In this document: in pieces, positions 39,341 to 51,679 of the stretch
How the letters are laid out: each line of letters opens with the position of its first letter
Numbering within the stretch: the stretch's first letter is position 1
Source: Octopus bimaculoides
Lineage: Eukaryota
Assembly (NCBI RefSeq): GCF_001194135.2
Contig: NC_068984.1
Span: 33,221,019 to 33,275,788 of the forward strand
Direction: 5' to 3'
DNA length: 54,770 bases
Program-made: the position numbers and the translations under genes
Notes under the pieces: model-generated
Databases searched by the model: none
The model's input: only the letters and a program-made list of their open reading frames with translations
What the model was told of the DNA's origin: nothing

Positions 39341-39370
39341 TTGGGGCATCCCATAAATAGAGCTGTTATT
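39341..39370 (+). mobile_element. mariner TIR running into an assembly gap
   Basis: ta|ttggggcatcccataaata matches the TIR ttgggacatcccataaata at 42376. Confidence 0.8.
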
Positions 39371-39507
39371 NNNNNNNNNNNNNNNNNNNNNNNNNNNNNN
39401 NNNNNNNNNNNNNNNNNNNNNNNNNNNNNNNNNNNNNNNNNNNNNNNNNNNNNNNNNNNNNNNNNNNNNNNNNNNNNNNNNNNNNNNNNNNNNNNNNNNN
39501 NNNNNNN
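39371..39507. other. assembly gap
   Basis: 137 Ns. Confidence 1.
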
Positions 39508-41209
39508 GGTGTATGTGGGTGGGTATATGTGGGTGTGTGCGTGTGTATGTAGTGTGGGTATATGTGGGTGTGGGTGTATGTGGGGGTGTATGTATGTCGG
39601 TGTGTGTGTATGTGGGTGTGTATGGGTGGATGGGTGACTATAATCAGATACTGTGTGACTGTTTATTTTAAAGCTACGATAGGTGGCACAACATATGTAC
39701 ACGAGATAAATATTACACCGGTGCCAATCGTTAATGACTGTCACATATACTTGAACAACACAATTAAAAGAATATTTTCATCAAGAAGCTTCTAACACAT
39801 TAAAATAACAATATCACTCAGCTAAATGGGTAGTTGAAATATATATATATATATATGTATATATATAATGAATGTAAACGAGTACGAATTAAATACATTG
39901 ATTTAGAATATCACTTTCTCACAAATGTTTGAATAGTATCCATTTAATTTCATGCTTCTGCCCCTCACAATTTTTACTTTTAATTTCAAATGTGCATTGT
40001 TATATAGTTTAGCAGCTTAATGCATTTTATACGACAGCTTCTATTGACTTTACTTTCTCTTTATCAATTTATCATATGATATATACATTTAATGCATAGC
40101 ATCATATGAATGAAGAAATTTGGAATTCCATCTCCGTATTTAACGCAGGATGAAATCCCAAACTCCATTTACAGCGGAATTGAATGTATTTATTTAAAGT
40201 ACTGACATCTATTCCCTAACGATGTTCAGGACACAACTGTTCATGAAATGTGGGATTATATTGAAAGACAAATATAAATTTGTCATTAATACCTTTTGCA
40301 CAGAATTTAATGACTTGCATGAAAGAAAGGTATCCAACAGGGAACTGAGTCAATGTTTCCAAAATCCCCAATAGCTTACAGCCATAATTCAAACCTTATA
40401 TATACCAATTATAGTTATAATTATAAGAAGTTGAAGTAAATATATTAAACTGACGTGTTATATTTTAAGCAAAGCTTCCTTTATAGATTGCCACATAGTT
40501 TTTGGAAGCATAGTTAATTTGTGTGAGTTGGAAAATTGAAATCAAAAGCACTTCATATGGATCGAAGAACAGATTAAGGAACAAAATTTAAAAAAAAAAC
40601 TCTATAATAATCGTTTTCCAATGCTTCTCGCTCAATTATACAGAGTGTCAACAATTAGGCAGTGCAAGGGAGAATTGTAATTGTTGCTTCGAGCTGTGTG
40701 GATATTATTATCTCAATTTCTACTATATTTTTATGATAAAGTTAGCACTGGTAATGCCTGCAGCCATTAAAAATCAACAATAATGGATATTTAAGTCATG
40801 AATTATTCATACATTAAATATCCTTATTAACGTGAATGAGATCCATCAATTTAAATGAATACACAAGAAAAAATGAAACAAATTTATTTCTCGTCCTCAT
40901 GTGATAATCTACCTAAAATGCATCGTAAAGTGAAGAACGTATTCATTGGCAGCATAATTTATATTTCAGCGTGGTATAGCGGTGCATGTTTATATAGTAG
41001 TTTAAATAAAGTCCATTAAACAACCAATCATGTTTGAGGCGTAAAAAAAAAGAAGTTTGAGCCCAATGATGACAGTTAATTTAAACTATGAGTTATACAT
41101 CACTCACGAAGTTATGTAACACGCAAAAAGAAATTAGTTATGTTCCTTGTCAAACGTGTATATTTCTCTTTTAAAACTTTACATTGAGAAATATGTTTAT
41201 GCATTACAG

Positions 41210-41310
41210 ATGAATATTTGACTCAAAGCAATGGATTTTAGCTCTCACATGAATGAGATCACTTGTTCAACCTCTTGGGAAATGGCGAACGACGGAAGAA
41301 TTTGTTACAG
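41210..41310 (+). CDS. candidate exon with possible start codon (ATG at 41231)
   Basis: Acceptor gcattacag| and donor CAG|gtaatt. There is an in-frame TGA upstream of the ATG. The peptide is MDFSSHMNEITCSTSWEMANDGRICY(R/S). I do not recognise a homolog. Confidence 0.3.
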
Positions 41311-42266
41311 GTAATTATATTATCTCAGACATTTTGAGTATGTGACCATTGCTAGATTGTAAAATGTGATATTTATTCAGGGTGAGGTAAGTTATTACAC
41401 GTTATTTTATTATCTATAGTGTTAATCTTGATAAGTAAACAAATAAAGGATGTGTTGCAGAAAAAGTCCATTCAACTTGGCAATCAATGTTGCCGTTAAG
41501 GAAATGCATAGAATGAATTTCGTCATTAAGACGACAGAGAAGCAAATACCGAAAAATTAATTCAGAAATTTATGTTGATGATTGTGCATGGAGAACTAAT
41601 GTTTCAACATGGATTTTACGAGGAAAGTAATGATTGCGACGGTTGGAAGAAGTTTCATAAAATCCTCATACATCTTGAAAATGAATGCTACTTTTACAAA
41701 TTAGGAAAGTTCTTAGACGAGGTGTCACATAAATTACAGTTGCCTTACTACGCCTGTATTTGTTAGTTACCTTTCACAGCAGAAGTAAAGAAATGTCACA
41801 GATGTTGCTGAGTAAGCCCGATATAGCCTACCCACGAAAAATAGCAACCAAAATATCATGAAGGAAGACGTTTACATATGGATGAAAACATTGCCCAATA
41901 CAGTTCATGATACAAAAAAATTTTGAGTGTTCAAAGAAAGAATGACTTTGATTCGAGGATATATATGATGATATACTTACATGGAAAATTCATGAATACA
42001 CTCAGTATTTTCACAATGAAAAACATATAAAATGGTATCGGTTGTTATTTAGCAGCCTGAGCCAGCTGTCCTACGACTAAAGGGTAATTGGCAATGACCT
42101 CAGTTATTTTGCCATAAGAACTCTGTTATCCAGCAGTACTTCCTTTTTGCTATCGTTTTCGCATCTATTTTTCGCAAATCCAGCGATAGTAAAACGTTAA
42201 TGACATCTACTTTCATAGTAAGCTAGACCTTTGACATTTCTAAAAACTATATGCATATGCATACAC

Positions 42267-42316
<50 letters not shown>

Positions 42317-42326
42317 ACACACATAT

Positions 42327-42336
42327 NNNNNNNNNN
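42327..42336. other. assembly gap inside (CA)n
   Basis: 10 Ns within the 42250-42345 microsatellite. Confidence 1.
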
Positions 42337-42375
42337 CATACACAAACACACGCACTCCCACCAAATATATATATA

Positions 42376-43631
42376 TTGGGACATCCCATAAATAATGCGG
42401 TTCTTTCAAGTGCATGAACTAAAAGTCGGAGGGGGACGGGATTAACTACCTGCGATAAAAGCAAGTAGTAATTATAGTTTGTAATTATCCTTCGTGCAAG
42501 TTTTGAAGAGTGCAGTTCGATTTTGACAAGTATTTTTCCAAAGCTGTAATAGAAATGACAAAGGGGCATAATTGGCATATTTCGCTTTATAGGCTCAATA
42601 AAGGCAACAACGTAACGGAAAGTATATGGGGATCAGACAATAAGCATAAGCCAGTGTCAACGGTGATTCCAGAAATTCGGGGCCGGAAGCTACATCTAGC
42701 AGACGAGCTCGTCTTGAAATATTTATAGAGCTCGACGAGGACCTCCTGCAAAACCTGGTGGAACGAAATCCCATCGTAAATTTTGAGCAATTAGAAGCCT
42801 GGATTTGGTCATTCTTTCATTCATCGACACTTGCGTACCTTTGGAAAAGTCAGCAAATTGGGTCAATGGGGGTCTTCACAAACTTTCCAATTCTCATCGC
42901 GGGCAGAGAATGAATGTGTGCTCTTCTTTGCTGCCACGTCTGACGAAGAAACCTTTTTTCGGACTGAATAATGACTGGTGACGAGAAATGGGTTCACGGT
43001 AAATATGTCAAGCGCCGAAATCAGTGAGTAGAGAAAGGGGAAACAATGGCACCCCAGGCTAAAGAAGATCTTCACTCACGTAAGTTGTTGCTATCTGTCT
43101 GGTAGGGTATGAAAAGTTTAGTCCACTTTGAACTTTTAAACCCAAACCAAACGATAACAAACTAGATCTACTGCAAGCAGCTTCAGCGGCTTAAGTCAGC
43201 ACTAGAATAAAAACGGCCATCTTTGGCTTCCAGCTGAAAAGTGTTCTTCAATCAGGACAATGCTCGGCTGCATACAGCGAGGATGACTTTCCAAAGGCTA
43301 AAGCTGTCTGAAGTGGAAACAATGCTCCACCCACCGTATTCTCTGGACATTGCCCCATCTGATCATCATTTATTCCACAGTCTTCAAAATCATTTGGACG
43401 GAAAAGATATGAATACTGTAGACAAGGTCAGAACAGTAGTGGAGGAGTATTTTTCGTCACAGACAAGTGAAGTTTGGAAGAGGGGCCTTACACATCTACC
43501 AGATAGATGGAAGAGCATTGCAGAAAATGATAGTGAGTGTATTTTAGATTAAAAATGAAATTTAATTATCTTAATTACGAAAAATAAAAAAAACGTATTA
43601 AAACAACCACATTATTTATGGGATGACCCAA
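42376..43631 (+). mobile_element. full-length (1256 bp) mariner element with transposase pseudogene (~42549-43552)
   Basis: TIRs are ttgggacatcccataaataatgcggtt and aaccacattatttatgggatgacccaa, flanked by TA. The DD34D motifs TGDEKW, NQDNA and HPPYSLDIAPSDHHLF are present, with multiple stops and frameshifts. Confidence 0.95.
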
Positions 43632-43639
43632 TATATATA

Positions 43640-43930
43640 CGAGGGTGAGTCAAGAAGTAATGCCATTTTCTTTATTCCATGTGAAGTTTCTAATTTCTTA
43701 TTGCTATTTATATACGTCTCTCTGTTGCGTTTCTTACCATCAATATTTTTTAAAAATTTTATTTCACCTGCCTCCCCCTCCTAACACCCCTACCTTTTTT
43801 AAACTGACAAGTTCATGCGTGAACATACACCTCTAATACCTCTTACTGTAAACACACCGCGCATAAAATACGCTCCTTAATTGGTTGCTTGTAGTAGCCG
43901 CCACTATCGTTGCCTGTTCTACCTTGCTGC
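43640..43930 (+). mobile_element. left end of a second mariner family
   Basis: ta|cgagggtgagtcaagaagtaatgcc is a CGAGGG-type TIR, like the one at 3285-3311. The extent beyond the TIR is uncertain. Confidence 0.6.
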
Positions 43931-43964
43931 TTCATGTTCCACCTTGCTGCTTCATGTTCCACCT

Positions 43965-45200
43965 TGCTTTCTTCAGAACAATTTTTGTTTTCCAGAAAAC
44001 AACTACTGGCAGATATCCCGTTGTGCGATGCATGCACAAGTTGCCCCAACCTCTACCAAATTAGTCATCGATTATTTAGAAGTCTAGATAGATGAAGAAG
44101 CCAAAACGAAGAACAGTAACAATTTCAAAATTAACTAGCAAAAATTTGGAAACAATACTTAGATGACTACCTTATTCTATTGATATATAACCTAAATGAA
44201 CTCAACGATTTCAAACTGCAACTCAATATCATCATTAACAGTATTCATTTCACCATAGAATTTAGTAAAAACCAACTACCCTTCTTAGACATTTTGATTA
44301 TTAAACCTGACAAATACATGGGAACCGACGTCTTCAACGAAACAACGGACTCAAAACAGTACCTACTTTTTCATCATGCCACCCTAAATATACAAAAGCC
44401 AATACTGCGTTTATTCTAGCTGCAAGAATCCGAATAATTTTCTCCAGTCCGGATGTTTAGAATGAGACGCCTTGAATTAAACAGGCATTACTTCAAGGAA
44501 AATATTTATCTACTCTAATAGAAAATGGAATAGAACGCGTCAAAGTAATAGGCATTGAAGAATTACAAAAAAAAAAAATTATAAAAAAAATAAAGTTTAG
44601 ATACACCCAAAACTCAACCTTTAATTATAGCACACAAACAACGAAACCTAGAGATATTCAGCTCTATTCAGCGGAACTTACCGTTAATGAGACAAGATCC
44701 AAAAATGCAAAATACACTTGAACCATACAAAATAATCGAAAGCAAAGAGCAACCAAATTCCGTAAAAAGACTACTTAACAAGGCAAAAATAACAACTACG
44801 GAATCGACACCAACAGCCAAAATGTGTGGCCTATCAGTTGTAGACCATGTGGTGCCAACATTATTGGGAACACAACTCATACGTTTTTACTTTGATTTTA
44901 CTTTGAAAAACCATCTCAATTGTTTTTCAGAAAATTAACTTTATATCATCAAATGCAATAGATACAAGGAAAATTACAATCAATAAACTAATCTTCGTTT
45001 AAGAATGAGATTAAATGTAAATCGTCAACAATAAGTGATCCTTGAAGTAGACAAATTACATTTAGTGAACCTCTGGACAAATGCGTGGAAACCAACTCTC
45101 CAAGCTTTCTTGTCTCACTACGCTATCAATGAGCAGATAATACTTCAGACCAACCAAGAATCAATGAATTGTATTGTATCAAAAACTACAAGCGATTGCT
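43965..45200 (+). mobile_element. Penelope-like retroelement, 5'-truncated RT plus GIY-YIG endonuclease, decayed
   Basis: Reads NNFCFPENNYWQISRCAMHAQVAPT, WKQYLDD (44156-44167), SIHFTIEFSKNQLPFLDILI..TDVF..TDSKQYLLF, then SEN*LYIIKC..ENY..T.LR.RM..NRQQ (a GIY-YIG module). Confidence 0.88.
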
Positions 45201-46039
45201 GAACAGAATATGAAGGAAAAATGTAATATACGATTCGACTTCTATGAAATAATTATTGAAATATGTTCAGCTGGGCTCATTTTTAAGGAAAGCAACATTT
45301 ATGAAGAAGCTATTATGTATCTTCTTTACAGCACACTATATTGTCTTACTTACTCCATATCTTGTTAACAAAGAAGGGATACGTTTTAATATGTCCAATG
45401 GGAGTGAGCTAGCACAAATTAAAAACATTATTCATCGACAGAACAATAAAGGATAATTATCACTTATTCATATCTATATTTTTTAACGGCCATGATGTAA
45501 TCAATGATGAAAAGCTTTTATGTGACGTTCTCACACGACTGACATCTAAGCTTAATACATAAATGTAACCCAATCAAATATAACGAATAGCGCTCTAAGC
45601 CACATTTCTACTTTAAAAGCAAGTTATTTTAAAACAACGCCAAGAATAAACAATTCATGACACAGCTCCATATGCGATACATTTTTGGAAATCAAATGTG
45701 AAACCGATAAAGTGGATTTCTAAATTTTTAAATATAAAATTCTAGTTAGTTCTAATATACTCTTTGCACATTTTAGACACTCCTTCATCAATGCCTCTAC
45801 TTGTTTAGATTAATGACGATATATATATATATACATACACACACACACATATATATATATATACGCATACACACATACACATATGGGAGTAAATATAAGA
45901 TCAAGCATGTTAGGCAAGTCGATATACAAAAAACATTAAATACATTTAATACAAAAATATATGTATACATAAAAAAAGTTCTTAGTTACATAGAATAGAA
46001 ATAATATCATGAATAAAAGGAGTTGATAAATAGCTTTAC

Positions 46040-46140
46040 GAGTTCAACTGCTGTTTCTGGGGGCATGGTGGTCCAAAATAAGGATTTAACTTGATTCCAT
46101 CATCCAATACTACCAGCCCCCCTCTTCAGAGATGTTGACA
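46040..46140 (-). ncRNA. degenerate type I hammerhead-ribozyme-like motif
   Basis: Minus strand: TCAACATCT-CTGAAGA-GGGGGGCTGGT-(~39 nt)-ACCATGCCCCCA-GAAAC-AGCAGTTGA. The core boxes and a GC-rich stem II are present, but stems I and III are damaged. Confidence 0.45.
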
Positions 46141-46900
46141 GAATGAAGTTTAAAGATGGAATGATATTGTGGAGAAATGACTGCATTAGAATGAGAAGTT
46201 GCCGGGTGTTTCGATACAGAGTAATGAGAGGAGAAAATAGATTTCGGAGTTAGTGATAATAATGAAACTAATCATAGTAGTAGAGGTGGAAATTGGGAGT
46301 AAGGGAGGAGGGTGGTTTAGGTAGTATGTGAATGATGACCTTTGTGTTAGTATGTATGAAGGCTATAGAGTTAAACGTTGAGATAGTGAAAAGAGATTAT
46401 TATTTGAGGGAATTCACTTGACTGGTTCAGTGGCTCAGTGAGGTAAGAAAGTGGTTAAAGACAGAACGTTAAAGGGCAAGCGAATGGTGATCATTGTTTG
46501 GAGGTGACATACCTTAAAGTAAAATGAATTGAGTAGAAAGGAAATAAATTAATGAACCTGTTCAGAGAAAAGTGGCTGAATGATAAAATTTATGGTTTAG
46601 AATGCGATATTAGTGAGTATAACAGAAGGAAGAATTGTGCAAAATGTTTTATTAGTACACCGAAGAAGATTTTTTTTAGAAATACTTGATTAATCTAAGC
46701 AGGAAGACTAGTTTTTTTTTTTTCGAATACATATTTATGAGTGTTGTATATGAATCCGACAATGATAGATCCACAGAAAATTGAGAAGCAGCTTTGAAAA
46801 AAAACGACTGAAGAGAAATAATGTTTTTGACAGGTGTAGAGATAAATCTTTAAATAGACGACGTCTTTGTCCACTGAAGAAGTACACATATATAGAGTAA
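46140..46900 (-). mobile_element. probable 3' remnant of a second Penelope-like element (GIY-YIG trace plus C/T-rich UTR)
   Basis: The minus strand reads CTSS..DVVY..TCQKHY, resembling the PLE GIY-YIG start (CTS.NVVYCI.C..C..LY). A strongly pyrimidine-biased tract follows and leads into the hammerhead-like motif. Highly decayed. Confidence 0.35.
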
Positions 46901-47731
46901 TGTCTAGACTGCTTGAGTATGAATATGACGCAAACGAGTAGAAAACCAACAAGTGATAAGCAGTATAACCTGCCTAGAAATATACGTGAATATTGATAAG
47001 AGAAAATATCGTTAACGTAAACAAAGCATGTGGTGGTTATACTAGAAAATAAAGTTAATTTTGAAATGAGACGTGATGAAAGAGACTGACAGGAAATCTC
47101 TTTTAATAATAGATTATGTTCTTCGTAATCTTTAGTGATAGCGTGAAAGGATATGTTTAATTATTTAACGTCATGGTACCAGACTCTCATTTAGTGTATA
47201 CTTTCTCTCTCGCTCATTTTCTTTCTCTCACACATATGTACAATATACACACATGCTTATGCATATGTATGTGCAAATATCGCTTTCAAATTTCTTTCGA
47301 CCTTTCTCTCCATGTCTAGGTTTATTTTGGAATCGTTTCTTTAACTGTCTGTTTTACCCAACGCAGCTGACTTTGTGTTACATGTAGCTCCTAAAACTAT
47401 ATCATAATTACCGCAATTTGGAATATATATTTTTTAAGAATGCTGTTTTCGATGGATTAGACATCATAGTAAGCAGGTACGTTATCTTTGTCGCTTGTTG
47501 CCAGACCATTCAGAGAAATATTTCACTAAATTTCCCACCTCTCTATATTACATATCTCAAAATTTTGTAGAGATTCTGCATTACAGCCATGTGAGAAAGC
47601 GGTATTTGATAAAGTCATATCTGCTTCTAATTTAAACCTCATAATATATAATACACCAAAAGCAGTAGTAAATACTTTAGATACTCTTTCCTTGCAGGAA
47701 ATCTATTTCTCTGACAGACGGTATGAATATT

Positions 47732-48349
47732 CTTTTCTACTCTAGGCACAAGGTCCGAAATTTTGGCGGAGGAAGCCAGTCGATTAGATTGTCCACAGTA
47801 CGCAACTGATACTTAATTTACTTATCCCGAAAGGATGATAGACAAAGTCAACCTCGGAGGAATTTGAACTCAGAACGTAAAGACAAACGAAATACCTATT
47901 TCTTTACTGCCCACAAGGGGCTGCACACAGAGGGGACAAACACGGACAGACAAACGGATTAAGTCGATTATATCGACCCTAGTACGTAACTGGTACTTAA
48001 TTTATTGACCCCGAAAGGATGAAAGGCAAAGTCAACCTCGGCGGAATTTGAACTCAGAACGCAATGGCAGACGAAATACCGCTAAGCATTTCGCCCGGCG
48101 TACTGATTTTTCTTATTTCTTTATTGCCCAAAAGAGGCTAAACATAGAGGAGACAAACAAGGATAGACAAACGGATTAAGTTGATTATATCAACCCCAGT
48201 GAGTAACTGGTACTTATTAAATCGCCCCGAAAGAGTGAAAGGCAAAATTGACCTCAGCGGAATTTGAACCCAGAAGGTAACGGTAGACGAAATACCGCTA
48301 AGCATTTCGCCCGGCGTGCTAGCGTTTCTGCCAGCTCGCCGTCTTAGTA
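47732..48349 (-). mobile_element. tRNA-derived SINE family B with three internal tandem units and a 12-bp TSD
   Basis: Minus-strand head gacggcgagctggcagaaacgctagcacgccgggcgaaatgc. The unit marker aaagtcaacctc/aaattgacctc is at 47844, 48028 and 48245. The direct repeat ggtatgaatatt is at 47720-47731 and 48350-48361. Confidence 0.92.
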
Positions 48350-49821
48350 GGTATGAATATTACTTTAGATTCCACTTATTGTCCCCTGACCCTTACCCTC
48401 TCTCCATTCACTGAAGATTGGGGAGTAAAATTAATTATATATGAAACAATTACTTCCGTAACATATATCATATAATCTTCGACAAGAAGCAGTATGTAGT
48501 ATTGGTATCTATGCCCCAAGAGAAATTAGAGTTACTATCATTCTGAAAGGTAAACAAAAGGCGAAATGTGCAATTCGGTACAACTGTAGTTTTCATTAAA
48601 AGTAATTTGTAATTTGCCACAGGTAAACTATTTTGGTAAGCTAATATTTCATTTCCTGTGAGAACTGTTTTCTGTTTACTTCCAGGAAACTCAGTCTGCT
48701 GTACTGATATTTACTTCCATTTCAAAGATCTTTCCGTTACTTAAGTTTCGAATCAAGATAGAACACATTTTTCAAAATATGTTTTTTTTTTTATATCTGA
48801 ATCAGTTTATATGACAAAAATATTATTATTCTTTGCGTATTTAGCACAAGAGTAAACAAATGTTGCTGCTTTTTTTTCGCAACATTACAATAATGTCTGC
48901 TGTGATCCACATTACACATAAGCTGATAAGATCATCATAGTAAGCTTCGAGTCCATGCAGCCAGTGTAGACCTACAGAGTTATCAATGTCGTAGAAGTGA
49001 AATACACAGCAGCAACAAAATACATCTCAACACACTTTTGGTTACAAATCCTTACTTGTATTCACCTGTCTAAAGACAAATCTTTTTCATTTTATATGAT
49101 TTTACAATACAAAAGATCTTGATTATATATTTAGAATTACCTCTACCTATATGCATCTTAAACGTTTCATGCATTTCTGACGTTGTTTGTTCATCATTGT
49201 GAACCGTGCTCAATTTGCTACAATTTGCTTCATTCACAGGCTGATTATTAAATTTTCTACTCTAGCAGGCATCATTTTGCGTCTACATGCATCTTCACTG
49301 AAGAACACCTAATATGTCTCTTCCTTATCCTCCAGTCATATCAACTTTGTGACACATCTCTGATAACGCACAAAGGATTTGCTTTATAATTCCATCTTTG
49401 TACTACAGGCTTGTGGTACCTTATCACTAGTTATCTAAAACTAGTCTTATCTGTGTAAACTGTTCTTGGCCATCTTACCCTAAAGGAAAAAAAATAAATT
49501 AAGAGTGCACTTGTCACGTACATAGAATTTCATAAAAGAAGTAATTAGGATTCCTACAAGACAATATATTTCGTATATATGCTAAACAAAGGCGACTGAT
49601 TACAAGAATAAACTGAGGAACGAAATTACTTGGGCTATTTAGTAAAGCGTATAAGCATTCGGTATTTAAAGCCTACTGTGTGCGGTATTGTGTTTCTTTA
49701 TTTTCATACTCAAAAAAGAATAGATATTGTTTCAATTATTTACATTAATTACATTTGACGGATATTTGTCCTCATCTTGTTTGTTGTTTCGGCTGATATA
49801 TGAGGACAAATACCTGTCAAA

Positions 49822-49823
49822 TA

Positions 49824-49856
<33 letters not shown>

Positions 49857-50020
49857 GCATATAAACACGCACATACATACAGCGAGATACATACACAGAT
49901 ACACACACACACAACACACACACACACACACATACACATATATACAGTTACATAGACACACACACACATATATATATAGTTACATACATACAATTATAAA
50001 CAAACATAGACACACATACT
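49822..50020. repeat. (TG)/(CG) then (CA)-rich microsatellite cluster
   Basis: Read directly from the sequence. Confidence 0.9.
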
Positions 50021-50549
50021 GACATATAAGATAATGCGTTGTTTACGTATATATATATAGAGGAAAATAAATGCAGATATATATAAACACAAAATCTATG
50101 TTAATGTTAAGTATTGTTCTTAGATGCATTCTGAGGAAATTTGAAAATGTTGGACGTTTTGTGTAAACATTTCATGAGGCTCTCTTTTTCTGCTAAGAAG
50201 GTCATCGAAAACCTTATTTCAAATGCTTTATCCAAATATAATCGCTGGTGGCATTTCCATTTTATAAGGATCAAAAGTATATAGTATAGACGACTGGAAT
50301 TTGTCACCCTATACTTTCTGATTTTAAAAAGTATATATTCGAAAAGTGATTTTGTGTGAGAGATTTCTTTCTTTCAATCATCGTAACATACAAGGTAACA
50401 TCTAATGCTGCTTTTTGTTAAAACATTATATTTGTAGACCATATTTTGTATATTGCAATTCCTGTCAGGTATCTCTGAATTAAAAGTTCGTTACGTCCAT
50501 GGTATATTTGCATAAAACAATCTATCGCTATTTTTATTCTTACTAGAAA

Positions 50550-50815
50550 GCTGCGGACCATCCATCAAGAGCAGATGGTTTATTTTGCCTTTACTATTTC
50601 TAAATTAATACTCTGCCTTTACCTTTCTTAAAACAAAACTGGGGGTGAGGGTGATAAAACACACCATAGATATGAATGGGAATAACGAGTCACCCTGGAA
50701 CATTTCTACATTGATTCTAACTTTCCTTAAGGTTGTATCGCCAGAGTAATGATCTCCTTTCCATTTCTTCATGTCAACTGAATCTCTTATGTTGTCTGTA
50801 ATATTGAATCTATAT
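50550..50815 (-). mobile_element. R4/Dong-type RT fragment (motifs B-C)
   Basis: The minus strand reads MKKWK..LRKVRINVEMFQGDSLFP..LTPSFVLRKVKAEY, then KINHLLLMDG (cf. GIFQGDSLSP..PLS.IL....GY and INHLLFMDDLKL). Confidence 0.8.
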
Positions 50816-51273
50816 GCATAAGCATTCACTTATCCATAAATTTCTAGTCATATCTTAGGATTTCCTACAATCTACACAAGCGATTGTTATTATCATTATC
50901 ATGTGTGTGTGTGTATGTGCATGTGTGTGTGAGTGTGTGTACGTGTGTGTATGATCTCTTTCACCTTTTATTTTTCTACATCATATACTCACGCTATTTT
51001 CAAATTTGAGAGCTGCAGTCAAGATATCCGCTATCCGACGATCGTATTTCAAAGAGTATGTTATAACCAGAAAGCTACAATTTTCTAGATTTTAATTATT
51101 CTTGAAAACAATAACGAAATATAAAAGGACAAATATCAGTGTAAAATCCTTGTAACCTAAAGTATTCGCCATTTCTTTTATTTTAAAAAATATTTTGGAA
51201 TTTATGTTAAGGAAATAGTAATATAAAAATCAATTTAAAGTTTAAGTACGAACTATAAGTAATAGGTTATATA

Positions 51274-51395
51274 GGCGCAGGAGTGGCTGTGTGGGTTCAG
51301 TCCCACTGCGTCGCACTTTGGGCAAATATTTTCTACCAAAGCCGACCAAAGCCTTGTGAGTGGATTTGTTAGACGGAAGCTGAAAGAAGCCTGTC

Positions 51396-51468
<73 letters not shown>

Positions 51469-51679
51469 CATATACGTGTGTGTTTGTGTTTTTTTTTTTA
51501 CCTCCTCACCATCGCTTGACAACTGATGCTGGTGTGTTTACGTCCCCGTAACTTAGCGGTTCGGCATAAAGATAGAATAAGTACTCGGCTTACAAAGAAT
51601 AAGTCCTGGGGTCGCTTTTCTCGACTAAAGGCTGCGCTCCAGCATGGTCACAGTCAACTTACTGAAACAAGTAAAAGAG
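51274..51679 (+). mobile_element. SINE family A, near full length with a deletion in the tRNA head
   Basis: Colinear with 5929-6328. ggctgtgtgg is joined directly to gttcagtccc. Internal (TA)n at ~51398-51460. Confidence 0.9.

Larger units (their letters stand above)
39200..39630. repeat. G/T-rich degenerate (TG)/(TGGG) repeat
   Basis: Read directly from the sequence; it surrounds a gap. Confidence 0.9.
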
